A stretch of DNA of 63,955 nt, the filler included, from Octopus bimaculoides (lineage: Eukaryota): the NCBI RefSeq assembly GCF_001194135.2. It is 5 parts of 5 records of this genome, joined end to end, with 100 filler letters (N's around TTAATTAATTAA, not from the genome) between each part and the next. Parts side by side here need not be neighbours in the genome. Positions count along the whole stretch, not along the records: positions 1 to 23,731 come from NC_068996.1; positions 23,832 to 37,483 come from NC_068984.1; 3 more parts are not named here. One strand, given 5' to 3'. Each line of letters opens with the position of its first letter. Position 1 is the stretch's first letter. The notes beneath the pieces are model-generated. The model searched no databases, had not been told where the DNA came from, and was given only the letters and a program-made list of their open reading frames with translations. A program made the translations under genes and the position numbers. Below, piece by piece: positions 13,963 to 27,816 of the stretch.

Positions 13963-14415
13963 TGTGCATACGTATAAACACACATAAATGCATATAAATA
14001 TACAAATGTATATAATACGAGGCATAGATATACTTAATACACACACGTGTACATCATCATTATCGTCTTAATGTTCACTTATCCATGCTTACTGAGGAAA
14101 TTTCCTACGGCCAGACGCTCTTCCTGTCGCCAAGCCTTGTTTATATTTGTATATACATGTTTTCTGTGAAAACATGTCCCTTGTACTGGGAAACGAGCAA
14201 GGCTTGGCGACAAGAAGGGCATCTGGTTGTAGGAAATTTCCTTAGTGAGTTTCATCAGTAAGCATGGATAAGTGAACATTAAGACGATGATGATGATGAA
14301 TACATGTGTGTGTGTGTATTAAGTATGTCTATGCCTCGTATATACATTTGTATATTTACATACATTTATGTATATTTATACTATACGTATTTATGCGTGT
14401 TTATACGTTTGCACA
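13963..14415. repeat. Long imperfect palindrome (fold-back) containing two head-to-head retroposon tails
   Basis: Centre ACATGTTTTC-TGT-GAAAACATGT (14155-14177); arms 14052-14140 and ~14196-14298 are reverse complements with an identical ~34-nt core; complementarity continues into the flanks to 13963 and 14415. Confidence 0.85.
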
Positions 14416-17400
14416 TCTCTCTCTCTATATGTATGTATCTATATATACACACACAAAACGTGTATACATATGCATGCATGACAGTTTGTGTGCATGTATG
14501 CACATATATATCTATGCATGCATGGATGCATAAAATCTACGACTATTCATGAGTGTAGTATTGTAGTGGATGAGTGAACAGATGGTTCCATATATTAAAA
14601 TCTTTTACTGAATTTTTCATATTTTCCCATCAAAAGGCTACATCAGTATTATGATACACGCTATGTAACACGTGAAACCTCTTGCCCTTGTGGCTAATAA
14701 TGAATATATTATTGTTATTATTTTATAAGTATTGTTATTTTTTTTATTGTCTCCGTATATCGTCTAATGTTTAACAAATAATTACAATGTTAATTGTGAT
14801 TGATTTTTTTTTCTTGCATGAGATAATGATTTGTGTTGGTGTTTGGGAGACGGAAGAGAAGGTGATATTAAAATTACTAGTTTATTTATTTGTTTATTGT
14901 GTGTCCTCGACATTAAAAACATCGACGTTTCTCACTCTCCCCTACTACCATTGATGTGAAGATTTCCGAATCACATTAATATTGATGGCTTTTGCTAAGA
15001 GACCCAAATTATATCTTTAATACCTGATGTTCCTTCCTACTTCCTCTGTCTCCCGCTTCCGTATCTCTTTCTCCCTTTTTCTCTCCCTCCCTCTCTTTCT
15101 TACACACACACATATGTACATACACAAATGCCTGTATATTCATCGCAAATATATTTCTGCTTAATAAGCTTCTATGCTTGAAGTGCATGAAAATTTCGCC
15201 CCTCCTTTTTAATCACATTCTAATGCCTTTAAAAACCGTTGGCATTTAGTATATTGTTTTAGATGTATTTGTTTCAATTAAAAAAAAAATGGATCGTCAC
15301 GCTTGGAACAGTCTGCTGGATCGAGAGCAGGGGCTAAACAACAACAACAACAACAACAACGATTGAGCCTGCTAGAAATAGCAGCCAGGTGTATTTCATA
15401 TCACCATAACATATTTAAAAGAAGGTGGCGATATATTGAATAATATAGTCCTAGGTACACGATGTGTGGATGACAAAAACAAAACAAAACAAAACAAAAA
15501 AATAAACAACGTTCATAACTGAAACGTCTTTATTTGATCAGTTATCCAATTAGATCTGGTCTGACTTGTGGCTAAACACCAATAACCATTTTAACAATGC
15601 ATTGCTTGCATACAATACTTTGCATTTATGAATGCATTCATGCACATATGTATACAGCGGGATCCGCGTATTATAATTGAAAATACTGTTAGCAAACGAC
15701 TCTTGTTATAAAAGATAGTTGGCCCTAAACATATCCAAAATGTTATTCCACTTAATGTTTATTAGCCTGTTATAAACGGCTCTGTCTCAAAGTGATCACT
15801 ATAAACGGCTTTGTATATGTGCGCGCACACACACACACACAAACAAATATATACATACATTTAGAACACTATTAAATACATCACAAACAAACTGTTGTTC
15901 CAGATTATTTTGCAGATTGGTAGGTTTAGCTATAGGATAGTGTGAATTCTCTTTTAAAATAGAATCTAGGAGTATTTATCGTTTGTGAATTGAAATAATT
16001 CTAATGAAATAGCAATTTCTTGAGAACGGAAGATTTACGAGACAGGTTTTCAACGTCGGTTCTCATAGATATGGAATGGATTTAGGTCAATCTCTTGTTT
16101 TATTTTAAAGTATTTTTAGTTTCAGTCTTACGTGTAAAAATGCCCTATTTATTCTTCCTTGTTTTGACACTACTAGAAGAAATAATCATTTAAAAAAACA
16201 GCAACAAAAAAAAAAAAACATGAATTCACTCCATTTTCTAAATAATGTTCTTTTTTTTCTAATTGATTAAGTTCAAAGGTATTATATTTTCTTTCTTCCT
16301 TACTATCTCTGACCCTTATTTTTGATTATCTCTAAGTTGTATTAGTTTCCTGCTTATTTTTTAGTACATACTCTTGAATTTTTTCTAAAATTAATTAAAA
16401 TTTATAGGAAACTATCAAAGTCTTAAACTCATTACAGGTGCGATTAGGAAAGGAGTGTGTCTACTTTTATAAACGTCAAGTCATTAAGGGCGAATTAATG
16501 ATCGATTTTTAACCTTGACGCAAAACTACCAGTTTTGAGGATTGGGTACATTGAAATTAATTGACTTAGTACCTGATTAGTACTTATTTTAATTTAAAGA
16601 GAGAGAGAGAGAGAGGGTGGGGTTAAAATTACGAAAGTAAAAATTGAGGTGTGTCTTTTAGTACACAATACACAAAATTATATATCTTAGCATTTTTTTT
16701 TTCTTATGAAAATCCCTGTTCGAAAATTGTTCAGGCTTCTCTATACAGCATACTAAAGGTATTTCAATTTTGACTCTGCTGATGAGCAATAAAGCCAGTA
16801 GATTAAAAATTGTTTACAAGATGATCTTTCTTCGACCATAATTCGTTCTTTTTTTAACTCATTCAATACGTACAAGTGGAATCAAGTTAAATTAGTTATA
16901 AAAACTTCCATTCTCTCATGTGCTTGTGTTTCAGCAGATGACGGCGAATTCAAAATTAATGTATATCTATTGATCTAGTTATATTTCTCTATTGCCCTTC
17001 ATAGATAAAAATATATTTTGAACAATCTTTTGTGTTACTTCGCGCCCTGCGTTGTTTAGACGTATAAATTAGAACCTTCCCTCTTCACACACACACGCAC
17101 ACGCACACAAAAAGAGATACACAATAACTTAGTGTTATGACATGTCATTCAAGACAGCATTCCAAGGGTAACTAAGTACAAACCAATGAAAATATCAGTT
17201 ATTGATTCAGTTTCATAGCTGACACCCATCTTCCCTAGATCTTGCTATTTGACAGTTTGTTGTTAAATAAATAAGTTTGCAATAGCTAAACTTTTAATGG
17301 TCTCTTACTTTTTGCTCTCTCTTTATTAGATTGACTTCGTTCTGAGTACACTTTATAACAGAGCCTTTGTGAAAGGTTACCAGGCGTTTTTCTTTCTATG

Positions 17401-17619
17401 GGTTAAGACGGAGCTGAGTCTATAGCTTAGGTTTCAATTCCCAGTCGTTAATTCATTGGCTTTCTTCTGCTTTGTTATGCAGTATGTTCTCAGTGTTTCT
17501 GGATATCTGATTTTACGATAATTTAGTAGTGGAGATGTGTGGGAATTAGATGACTATGTACCGTGTCAATACCCGTATCTTTGACTTCAAATTGGTCTTT
17601 GTCTTACTTTCTTTTCTTT

Positions 17620-17702
17620 TATTCTTTCTTTTACTTGTTTCAGTCATTTGACTGCGGCCATGCTGGAGCACCGCCTTTAGTCGAACAAATTGACCCCAGG
17701 AC

Positions 17703-17770
<68 letters not shown>

Positions 17771-17897
17771 CGGCCTTCTTTCAGTTTCCGTCTACCAAAT
17801 CCACTCACAAAGGCTTCGGTTGGTCCGAGGCTATAGTAGAAGACACTTGCCCAAGGTGCCACGCAGTGGGACTGAACCCGGAACCATGTGGTTGGTA
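17620..17897 (-). mobile_element. tRNA-derived SINE family A, internally deleted, central (CA)n
   Basis: Reverse complement of the head (ggttccgggttcagtcccactgcgtggcaccttgggcaagtgtcttct) and tail (gctccagcatggccgcagtcaaatgactgaaacaagtaaaag) of 47494-47950. Confidence 0.85.
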
Positions 17898-18199
17898 GAT
17901 TTTTTTAAAATGATGCTTAGACCGAGTGGAGGGAGATTCAGTGTAGTGTCAGACAAAATTTCTATTTTCATTTAAGTTCTGAGTTCAAATAGTGCTGTGT
18001 TCAAGTTTACTTTTAATCTTTCCCATGCAATTGAACATAATACGGTTGAAGAGTTAGGTTGAGCATTGACATCAGGCTAATGCTATGATACAAACCATAT
18101 TCTTACAGATCTCCCTTTTTGTGGAACAGGAACAATGTTTTTCTGCTTGAATTCCTATGGAGCTTGACAGGTGATGTAAGAATTTAGAATTAGAAGCAG

Positions 18200-19380
18200 T
18201 AAAAGAAGTAACTTGGGATTCAAAAGAACCTTTGGAGGCACATTATCTCCACCACACAATTTGCTGGTTTTGAACAATTAGCAGCATTTAGTGCTTCATC
18301 GAAGGCAGTTTCACTGATTGGAATATTGGTGAGCTGCAGTGAGATTGGTGTCACTACAAAATTGTTTGTAGGTTTTGTATTGCTATTGAGCAACCTTTCA
18401 AAGTGGGATTCCCAGCCAACTAATTGATCTTGCAGGTTACTTGCCTTTATTTTTGGTGCTGGCTTAGACTTTCGATGAGACAAGTTATTCATGGTTTTCC
18501 ATAGTGTGGTGATTTGCCTGTTGTCATCTGCTTCTTTTGTACTGTTGATTTGTTCTTTGATGTATGCTTGTTGGTTTGCAGTGTACTGCTGAGCTAAGGC
18601 TAAGGATGAGGCTGCTTCAGCATTAAGTACTGCAGCAGTCTTATTCCACCGATTTGCTTGTTTCACAGCTGCCAGACTATTTCAGGCTTTCTGAACTTTG
18701 ACATCCTCCCAAGGAGATTTCTTTGAGAGTCACATGGTGAAAACATGTTGCTCAGTTGCATATGCAACAGACTTTGAGAATGTGGTGTATTCACCTGGGT
18801 AGTCATTGAGTTTGGAAAATCTGTTCTTGTATGTTACAACAAAGGATATGGAAGTATCTGGGATGGATAGGGAGGACCAGATATATAGAGGTGTTTTGCT
18901 CTTTAGTTGATTTGAACAGAGCCTGAGTTGAATTGTGGTAATCAGGACCTGATGATCTGGTTTGAATGGACAAAATGAGTAGGGGTTGCAGTCTTGAATA
19001 GAATTACAGTACTTTCGATGACAATGTGATTAATTTGTGACATAATTTTTCCTCAGCCTTTGTGTGTAAACAGTTTGCCAAGGTACTTGTGGGAAGCTGA
19101 TTTTCTTAAACAAACCACTTTGTCACTGTGCTCTTTTTCTATAACCCCATGGAGACATTGAAGCTTGGTGGTCAGGTCCATATGACATATGTCTGTGAAC
19201 TTATGCAGGACACAAGACTGTGCATGTTTCGGAGTTGGCCTGCTTGATGTCATCTCACATGGCCTGGAAGGAAATTTTTCTCTTGAGTTGGACTCAACAT
19301 CCATGAGTGACATAGCATACATTAAGAAGAAAGGATGTTTGGTTGTATTATTAAAGGATCACTGTACTAATCCAAGGGAT
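18200..19380 (-). mobile_element. Degenerate APE-type non-LTR retrotransposon ORF2 (endonuclease C-terminus + linker)
   Basis: Minus strand: ...(Q/I)*HIVI/RKYCNSIQDCNPYSFCPFKPDHQVLITTIQLRL resembles the APE QIDHI...SDH motif; it is followed by ORF 18220-18666 (...LWKTMNNLSHRKSK...WESHFERLLN), a typical APE-RT linker. Confidence 0.6.
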
Positions 19381-20364
19381 GTATAACAGACCACTCTACC
19401 GATAGGTAACTGGGCAGAAAATATTTACAATCAATAAATGTCTTAGAACAACCAGTCACTCATCTAGGAAGGCCTTGAAATCAATGTTACCAACTGGAGA
19501 CTATATGTGTCGCAGTGATAATAAAAAGACTCAAAGGAGGTCTGCAACGAAATAATTTTACTCAACACTTTGCAAGTGAATCAGTGGAGGCAAAGATGAG
19601 TCTCATTTACTTGACAATTTATGCACCACATTGCAGAAATCACAATGTAAGTATATCTGAAAGGATAGTTGTACCGTTGAATTACAAATAATGTTCATCT
19701 GTTATGTATGGGTGACCCTATCGCTACCAATGGTACAACTGTATTCGTCTTTGCTTAGGAAAAATGACTAAATTGTGGGTGTGAAGTCCCCATGAAGGGG
19801 TCTTTGTAACTTCTAAGAAGAAAAAACTTTAGAAATATTACTTTATTTGTGTGTAATATGTATGGTTAAAATTTCATCAACATCAAAAATATATGAATTT
19901 TCATGGGGGTTATGGCCATTATGCATAGAATATAATTTCCAAATTTCTTAAAGATCCATTCAGTACTTTTGACGTAGTTTTGGATAAGAAAACAAATGAC
20001 TAATGTGTGTGTTTGTGTGCATATATATGTGTATGGGTGTATATATGTATAGATATCTATGCATTTATAATATGTGTACATATTAGATGTACACCTATAT
20101 ATATATACATCTACACATATGTATACATATACATGTATGCATATAGATCTATATCTATATATATATCTATACATATACGTGTACATATAATTGAATGAAA
20201 TTGGTTGTGTAGTTCTCGAGTTTTAGGGAAACACAGACAGACAGACAGACACACATTCTCATTTATATATACAGCTATATAATATGTGTGTGTGTGTAAA
20301 TATACAAATGTGTATGTGCACTTGTTTGTATATATACAAATGTGTATGTGCGCTTGTATGTATA

Positions 20365-20760
20365 TCATTATTGTTTAACGTCCGCCTTCCATGCTGGCAT
20401 GGGTTGGATGGTTTGACAGGAGCTGGCCAGGCAAGAGCCTACACCAGATTTCTGTGTCTGTTTTGGCAGGGTTTTTATCAGTCTTCTTTTTATGGCTGGA
20501 TGCCCTTCCTAACACCAACCATCCACCCAACAAAATGGACTGAGTGCTTTTTACGTGGCACCAGGACAGGCGAGGTCAGAGTTTTTGCAGCTGGATACTC
20601 TTCCAAATGCCAACCACTTTACAGTGTGGACTGCATGCTTTTTATGTGGCATCAGCACTGTCAGAGTCACCAAGTAGCAAGACAAAAATCTCTTTTAGAG
20701 GGTAGGGGTCATCAGAAGAGGTGATCTTTTGTCAGATGATGAAAGGTTATTGTGAGACAG
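20365..20760 (-). mobile_element. Non-autonomous RTE-tailed element with a duplicated internal module
   Basis: Tail at 20365; two tandem ctggatgcccttcc...ccaacc...gctttttacgtggcacc modules; same architecture at 30900-31190. Confidence 0.65.
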
Positions 20761-20803
20761 AAACAGGTGTCTTGCTGTGGAGGAGGTACAAAGTTACCTG
20801 GCT

Positions 20804-20841
<38 letters not shown>

Positions 20842-21569
20842 TCATTGTTTTAATGTCCACTTTTTGATGGAAATTGTTGAGGTGGATTTTCTATGGCTAA
20901 ATGCCCTTCCTGTTGTTAACCTTCATCTGCTTCCAAGTAAGGTAATATTTCCCACAATCTGTAGAAATGCAAGTACATGTAAATATACACACACACCTAG
21001 ATATGTATATATATATATATATATACATACACGTGTGTGTGTATGTGTGTGTAAGGAATTATGCACACTGTAGTGAACATTTCAAAACTAAGAAATTTAA
21101 AATAATTCAAGTATAGGTTTGAAAGCCTTTGCTGTGAAATTGTAAACTGATGTATTTCTTTGCTCAAAGAAAAAACGACAATTGTCTTGACAGGTTTCAC
21201 AGTCTGCTCACCACTCATAATACCATGAATCTCCTACTTCTGTTCCCCCTCTCTCTGCACACACACGATTAATTAAAGCAAAATATCATTAGGAAAATAG
21301 TCGTTAGACCAGTGGCTTGTATTTAGATCATAAGTTACCCCTTTTTTTTTTCCAGATGCTCTCATTCACCCACCATTACAGAAAATGCACGACAGCCATG
21401 TATCTTCTCCAGAGCAAGACACCCCTGCCTGTCCCTTGCTTAGAGTTTCCTCTCCTCTCCCCCAGATACACCCTCCACTTAGTCAAGGTGGTTTTTCTTT
21501 TACTCATTTTTCCTTTTTCTCTTTTTATTTCCTGTTTTGTAAGTTAGTTAGCAACCCCACAAGAGGTAC

Positions 21570-21742
21570 CCTTTGTAAAGTAGTTGGCATTAGGATGAGT
21601 ATCCAGCCATAGAAATCATATGAAAGCTGACATGGGAGCATGATGCAACCCTGTGGTTCACCAGATCCTGTCTAACTGTCCAGCCCATGCTAGCATGGAA
21701 AGCAGACATTGAATATGATGACAATGATGATGATGATGATGA
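21570..21742 (+). mobile_element. RTE-type 3' tail
   Basis: tagttggcattaggatgagtatccagcc...cccatgctagcatggaaagcagac...(gat)n. Confidence 0.7.
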
Positions 21743-21803
21743 AGTTAAGTGGTGATATAATTACTAATGTATGCAAAAAAATTCTCAATTAATTAAAATT
21801 TTT

Positions 21804-22130
21804 CATGGCTTAGTAGTTAGAGCACCAGGCTCACAATCATGAGGTAGGGAGTTTGATTCTCAGACTGGGCTGTGTGTTGTGTTCTTGAGCAAAACACTTT
21901 ATTTCATGTTGCTCCAGTTCACTCAGCTATAGAAATGAGTTGCGACATCACTGGTGCCAAGCTGTGTTGGACTTTGCTTTTTTCTTGGATAACATTGGTG
22001 GCGTGGAGAGGCGGGGAGCTGGTATGTATGGACGACTGCTGGTCTTCCATAAACAGCCTTACCCAGACTTGTCCTTGGAGGGGAACTTTCTAGGTGCAAT
22101 CTCATGATCATTCATAACTGAAGGGGCTCT
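21804..22130 (+). mobile_element. tRNA-derived SINE family B
   Basis: Collinear with 13121-13443. Confidence 0.8.
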
Positions 22131-22658
22131 TTAGAGTAAGAAAAACAACTTAGTGATTATAGTAAGCAACTCTACAAGAATAAGAGAAGATAATTTCAAG
22201 AAATTAACCATTAATTTCACTGGTAATTTATACACATTGGAGAGAATCTGATGTTTGTTTGTAACCAAAGGAAGAAAAGGGGGACAACTACATTTTGGCT
22301 TTATCAGTCTTCTTCAGCATAGTCAAGGATGTCATTCATGTGTTATAAGGAGAAGATAATGGATAGAAAGAAAGCTAAAGGAATGAGGTGAAGGAAGGAA
22401 AGGATCAGATATTAATAGAAAGAGGTGGGATGAAGAAGAAAGTAAGGAAAGGAGATAATAGCCAAAGCAAGTGAAGGAATGGGGAAGGAAGAAGGAAACA
22501 ATGATTTAACAAAAACAAAAGAAAGAATAGAAAGCAAAAAAAAAAANNNNNNNNNNNNNNNNNNNNNNNNNNNNNNNNNNNNNNNNNNNNNNNNNNNNNN
22601 NNNNNNNNNNNNNNNNNNNNNNNNNNNNNNNNNNNNNNNNNNNNNNNNNNTACATATA

Positions 22659-22689
<31 letters not shown>

Positions 22690-23215
22690 GTTTCTCCTCA
22701 TCTATAAAAGAAACTATTGCAATATAGATCTCTGCTACATTATCAGAGATCTGCTATTTTAGAACAGTTTATTTTTACTGTGTTTTTACTCTAAGATGTT
22801 AATTCCCTGACTTGGATATTCATGGGAACCTTTTGCTGATATTCTGTGAAACTGGTAATTTTAAAGCTAGTCACAGACTGTGCTGGCTTTCTGGAGACAG
22901 TCTGCAGATGCTGATACAACCAATAGAGTTTGTGATGGTGGTGGTGTTGTTACCAAGGTGATGGCACAGCAGCTATGAATCAAACTCCATTGCTGTTTAA
23001 AAGGTGACAGCAAAGAACATCTGTTGATGAAGGAAGGGAGTAGAGAGAGAGGGAGAGAGAGAGAGTCAGCCCATTGCTAACAGCACAGATAGATGGCTGA
23101 GATAGGTGTTTGACCATCTGAATTTACACACAAACTAGGTCAATTAATTCACTGCAGCAAACCTTCAGATTGTTGTTGCCCTTGTGGAATATAACAATAT
23201 CATTATTATTATCTT

Positions 23216-23462
23216 AAGGTGGTGAGCTGGCAGAATTGTTAGTTTGCTGGACAAAATGTTTAGCAATATATCATCTGTCTTTGTGTTCTGAGTTCAAATT
23301 CTGCTAAAGTTGACTTTGCCTTTCATCCTTTCAATGTCGATGAAATAAGTATCAATTGAGTACTGGGGGTTAATGTAATCAATCTAACACTCTTCCTTGA
23401 AATTTCAGGCCTTGTGCTTATAGTGGAAAGGATTATTATTATTATTATTATTATTATTATTT
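23216..23462 (+). mobile_element. SINE family C with (ATT)n tail
   Basis: aaggtggtgagctggcagaat...gagttcaaattctgc...gaaagg(att)n. Confidence 0.8.
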
Positions 23463-23731
23463 TATGTTTGACTTTTGCTTTGCATTTGTACAAGTTGGAT
23501 CCAAGTCTCACCCAGAGACCTCAAGAGACAACAAGTTAGAAGTTCATGTAGGTGTTATGCCTAGGGTACCATATATTTGAATTTGTACAGTGTTGTTCTA
23601 GATAATGTTTTAAAATTTGAGATCACATAGACAGTATTTTACGTAGGATATGGGCAGTTCCCATGAGCACTATCTTTTGAACTTCAGCCATTTTGGGGTT
23701 TCCTGGTATCTGATCTAGGTAGTAATCAGCC
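23463..23731 (-). mobile_element. 3' end of an R4/Dong-like RLE retrotransposon (second family), cut by the contig end
   Basis: Minus-strand frame 23730-23623: ADYYLDQIPGNPKMAEVQKIVLMGTAHILRKILSM*, homologous to the C-terminus of the 51113 element (HLQKSVLLGTARILRRILEA*); the 3' UTR runs into (AAT)n. Confidence 0.8.
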
Positions 23732-23831
23732 NNNNNNNNNNNNNNNNNNNNNNNNNNNNNNNNNNNNNNNNNNNNTTAATTAATTAANNNNNNNNNNNNN
23801 NNNNNNNNNNNNNNNNNNNNNNNNNNNNNNN
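23732..23831. other. Synthetic 100-bp scaffold-join spacer
   Basis: 44 N + TTAATTAATTAA (23776-23787; stops in all six frames) + 44 N. Confidence 0.9.
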
Positions 23832-23871
<40 letters not shown>

Positions 23872-23877
23872 CATGTA

Positions 23878-24020
23878 TGACAGGCTTCTACTTCACTCAC
23901 ACGGCATTGATTGGCCCAGGGCTATAGTAGAAGACACTTGCCCAAGATGCCATGCAATGGGACTGAACCCAGAACCAGGTGGTTGCAAACCAAGCTTCTT
24001 GACCAAACAGCCTTCCTGCA
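23878..24020 (-). mobile_element. SINE family A head fragment
   Basis: ggctatagtagaagacacttgcccaagatgcc...gggactgaacccagaacc. Confidence 0.75.
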
Positions 24021-24429
24021 CCTGTGATTTTTTAAAAAATTTATTCTCTTTTTATATATAAACACAGTGCAAAGCTAATGGCAGAGCATCTTAACTTACT
24101 CGATTACCAAGCAACATGAATGAATTTAAGTAACAAGAATACAGTACAGAAATAGCAGCAAAATAAAGTGCAAAAACTGAAACCTAACATTTTAGTGATG
24201 GCAAAGAAAAGTTAAGAAATGCATAAAACATTGTTATTAAAAATAGCTGTTTATTTCGGAACTCATGAAATTCAGTTTTAAATAGTAAACATGAAGGATT
24301 TTTTTAGCATTTAAAAAAAATTTTTTTTTTTATGTGTGCTTTCTTTAGAATTTGAGAATTTACTATAAAACTTTTCAATACTTTTTACAGAAAAAAACTT
24401 CTTCGTGAATTGCTTGTCTCTCTTTACAG

Positions 24430-24644
24430 ATTAATGTCGACTGTAATAAAAAATTTCAATGGGACCATCCTGTATGGTTTCAATACAGTCATGATAATGG
24501 AAATTCCTGGAAATTGGTATCTAGCCAATGCTATGATGAAGGTGAATGTGGTGGTGAGTTAACAGAGGGAACTATTTACCATTCTGGTACCTATGGTGAC
24601 TGGAGATTAGTTGTAATTCCTGTAACAGAAGAAATAGCATCCAG
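24430..24644 (+). CDS. RELN: Reelin exon 1 of 5 in window (sub-repeat A with Asp-box YSHDNGNSW)
   Basis: Acceptor tctttacag|ATT, donor TCCAG|gtataa; 215 nt, phase 0 to 2; INVDCNKKFQWDHPVWFQYSHDNGNSWKLVSSQCYDEGECGGELTEGTIYHSGTYGDWRLVVIPVTEEIAS. Not in the ORF track because it has no start codon. Confidence 0.92.
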
Positions 24645-25068
24645 GTATAAATAGCTTTTAAACATTTAGCATCTAAATGTTTGAAATGAGTTATTGTTAG
24701 TGCAATAATAATTCTTCAAACGTTTAACCCCATTTTTAGAGAGAAAAAATATTTTAATATTTATATCATAATAATATTCATTCATTTATTCATTTTATGT
24801 CCACTTATCCAATATTGATCTGGAATGGACAAATACATGTTGTGTAGGCATTGTTTTACTGTCAAATACCCTTCCTGTTGCTACTCATTGTCTGCCTTTC
24901 AAGAAAGGGAATTTCTATCCCAATTCTCTTTGAAAGTTTAAGGATACATAATGAATTTTGATAGGTAATGTCAACAAGCATCACTGATTTTTAGTTCAGT
25001 GCTTTCATGGAAAGCACAGAATCTAATCATTCACACAGATGAGCATATGTGCACATGCATGCATGCAT

Positions 25069-25103
<35 letters not shown>

Positions 25104-27772
25104 TGTATGCACGCACGTGTGCATCATGGGCTTTCAAACAGTTTCTGCTTACTAATAGCCCAAGGCTATAACAGGAGACACTTACCCAAGGTAACAAACT
25201 GTGAGATAAAACTTCAACAACAACAAACATAAAAGAGGAAGTGTTTGTGTAGTCACTCAACTTGCTAGAAATGCCAACCAAATTTCCTTCAAATTGCACT
25301 TTATTTTTAAAAAGTGAAGGATGTAGTAGATAACGTAGCTTTCGCTACATCTAAAACAAATATGATGGTCACAATTAGAATGCCTCTGACCATAGGTTTG
25401 CCCAGTCAGGGCTGACTTGGAGCTAAACATTTTAATATCATTACACTCAACATCCTGCAGCAATCTCATTAATGAAATATCATTAAATATCTCATTAAGG
25501 AATGGTCTGAAATGTATAGTTTTGACTAAATATTGTTTAAATATTAAATATATAGATATTTAACCTTTATTCCCTCCAACGTTGCCATGAGTGCTGTATC
25601 ATTTGTATGATGTGGAAAATATTCCAACAGTATTGCCCAAATGATGTTGGCATCAACTTTAGAATTCACCGAAGGCTTGGTCCCCATGCTGTCTGTCCTC
25701 TACAGAAGTCATGTTCGTGTCACATCACAATACTAAGACAGATCTATTTCACTTCAACTGGCCCTGCTGTCTTTAACATCATGCCAAGTCATACAAGAGA
25801 AGAAAAAGATCTTAAAACATTCAAACAGGTCCTGGATGAATATCTCCAATAAATTCCAGATAAATCACCTACACTCAGACATATCTCTGCAAACAATAAC
25901 TCTTTACTTGAATGGGCTATGCTGTCCAAAGAATGACTAACATGAAACATCATAAAATATTTTTTCCAAGTGTTACCATTACGTTAGACATGGCCAGGGC
26001 CAATCCTGATCAAAACTTATCAAAGTATATATATGTATATATTAAATATTAAATTGTATATATTGAAATATGTATGACAAAACATGAAGCAATACAGCTT
26101 TTTTTAACAAAGTCTCTTTTACCTATCAGACCAGTTTTGTTCCGTTGGTGGCAACGTGGAGGAACAGCCCATAGCTTTTCTCTTGATGATGTCTACATTG
26201 GTCCTTCATGCCTTGATCGATGTAATCGAAATGGTATATGTCAATCCCAACATCGATCAGTAGAATGCAAATGTGAAGAAGGCACACAAGGTAATTCTTT
26301 TAATTTATAAGTAATTCACTTTCCAAATAATTAATTAACCTACTGAATCATCAGAATGCTCAAATGATCTTTACTAAAATATATAAATATTCAACTTTTG
26401 TATCTATTTCAATAATTAGAATATTTAGAATATTCTACATTTCCTAATGAATATAAAGCTATAAAACACTAACTATATTGTCTCTAATTTACCTGTGATT
26501 ATAACATAAAGTTTGACTTAACCCTTTAGCATTTAAACTAGCTGTATTTGGCCCAAATATTCTACCTGTTTTATGTCCAGGCCAGCCAGATCTGGTCTTT
26601 TACACTTTCCCTACAATGTCATTTTAAAAGTAAGCAATCACATTATTGAAATCTTGAAGCAATGAGATAATGTATGATAAATTCAAATAATGAGAATAAA
26701 TATTTCGTTTGACAGAGTGATCTGAATGCTAAAGAGTTAAACTGTAGCCAAAACCAACTTTTAAAAATAGTGGAAGATCTTTATGAAAGAAATCATTTAT
26801 TGAATAATTAATTCCCAGATTTCAGTATGTTCTACTGACCTGGCAATTGACTTGATCTTAACATGTGTATTGAGGTGGAGAAAAATTACATTCTGGAAGT
26901 CATGATAGTCATTTAAAACACATGTTATACTGTTTTAATGAGTATTAGACAGGTCATCAATTTAAAAATTTGATAAAGTGTTAGGGTATTTAAGCTGATA
27001 AAAATATTTCAGTCACCCATTTTTCAAAACAAGACAAATATGCGTGAAGAAATTAAACTAATGCCATGAGAAACATTAACATAGTTTTTAAAAAAATAGG
27101 AAATCTCTTCAACCGTAATTACTTATTCATAGAGTAAACATCTGGATCTATACAGACTAAACAGAGAATACACATATTACTAATATAGCTTTTTCAACCA
27201 AGTCCTACCACAGCAAATTTTGGGGTCTACGGAATATCAGAATAATTAAGCATATAAATATTTAAGTATTTGGCATGTTTTTACCTTGTTTTGTATTTAG
27301 AAGAAAACCTAATTGTGAATTGGAGTTATCAAGAACAAAATAACAATCAACTTCATCTTTTTCTTTTTTGATGGCAAGAAATCCATGTCTCATAAGTGAA
27401 AACATTGTAGATAAATTTTGCATTTATCCAATAAAATTGCAGCTAATAAGTAGCAAAACAGTTTTATATGAATGTGAAGGAAATGATTTTAAATGCTATT
27501 ATGTATTTATGTATAAGCTAGCAGTTTGCATGATGGAAAAAAAGTATGGAAGAATAACAGCATTAGTATATGCTACACTTTTTCATTCACTTTTGTTACA
27601 TTTCTTAATAGATGTGGGAGTGGCTGTGTGGTAAGTAGCTTGCTTATGAACCACATAGTTCCGGGTTCAGTCCCACTGCGTGGCACCTTGGGCAAGTATC
27701 TTCTACTATAGCCTCAGGCCAACCAAAGCCTTTTGAGTGGATTTGGTAGACAGAAACTGAATGAAGCCCGTC

Positions 27773-27816
<44 letters not shown>

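Noticed and set aside
23776-23787. TTAATTAATTAA palindrome recurring four times as a possible regulatory or recombination site
   Set aside because: Always centred in exactly 44+44 N; a synthetic six-frame-stop spacer.
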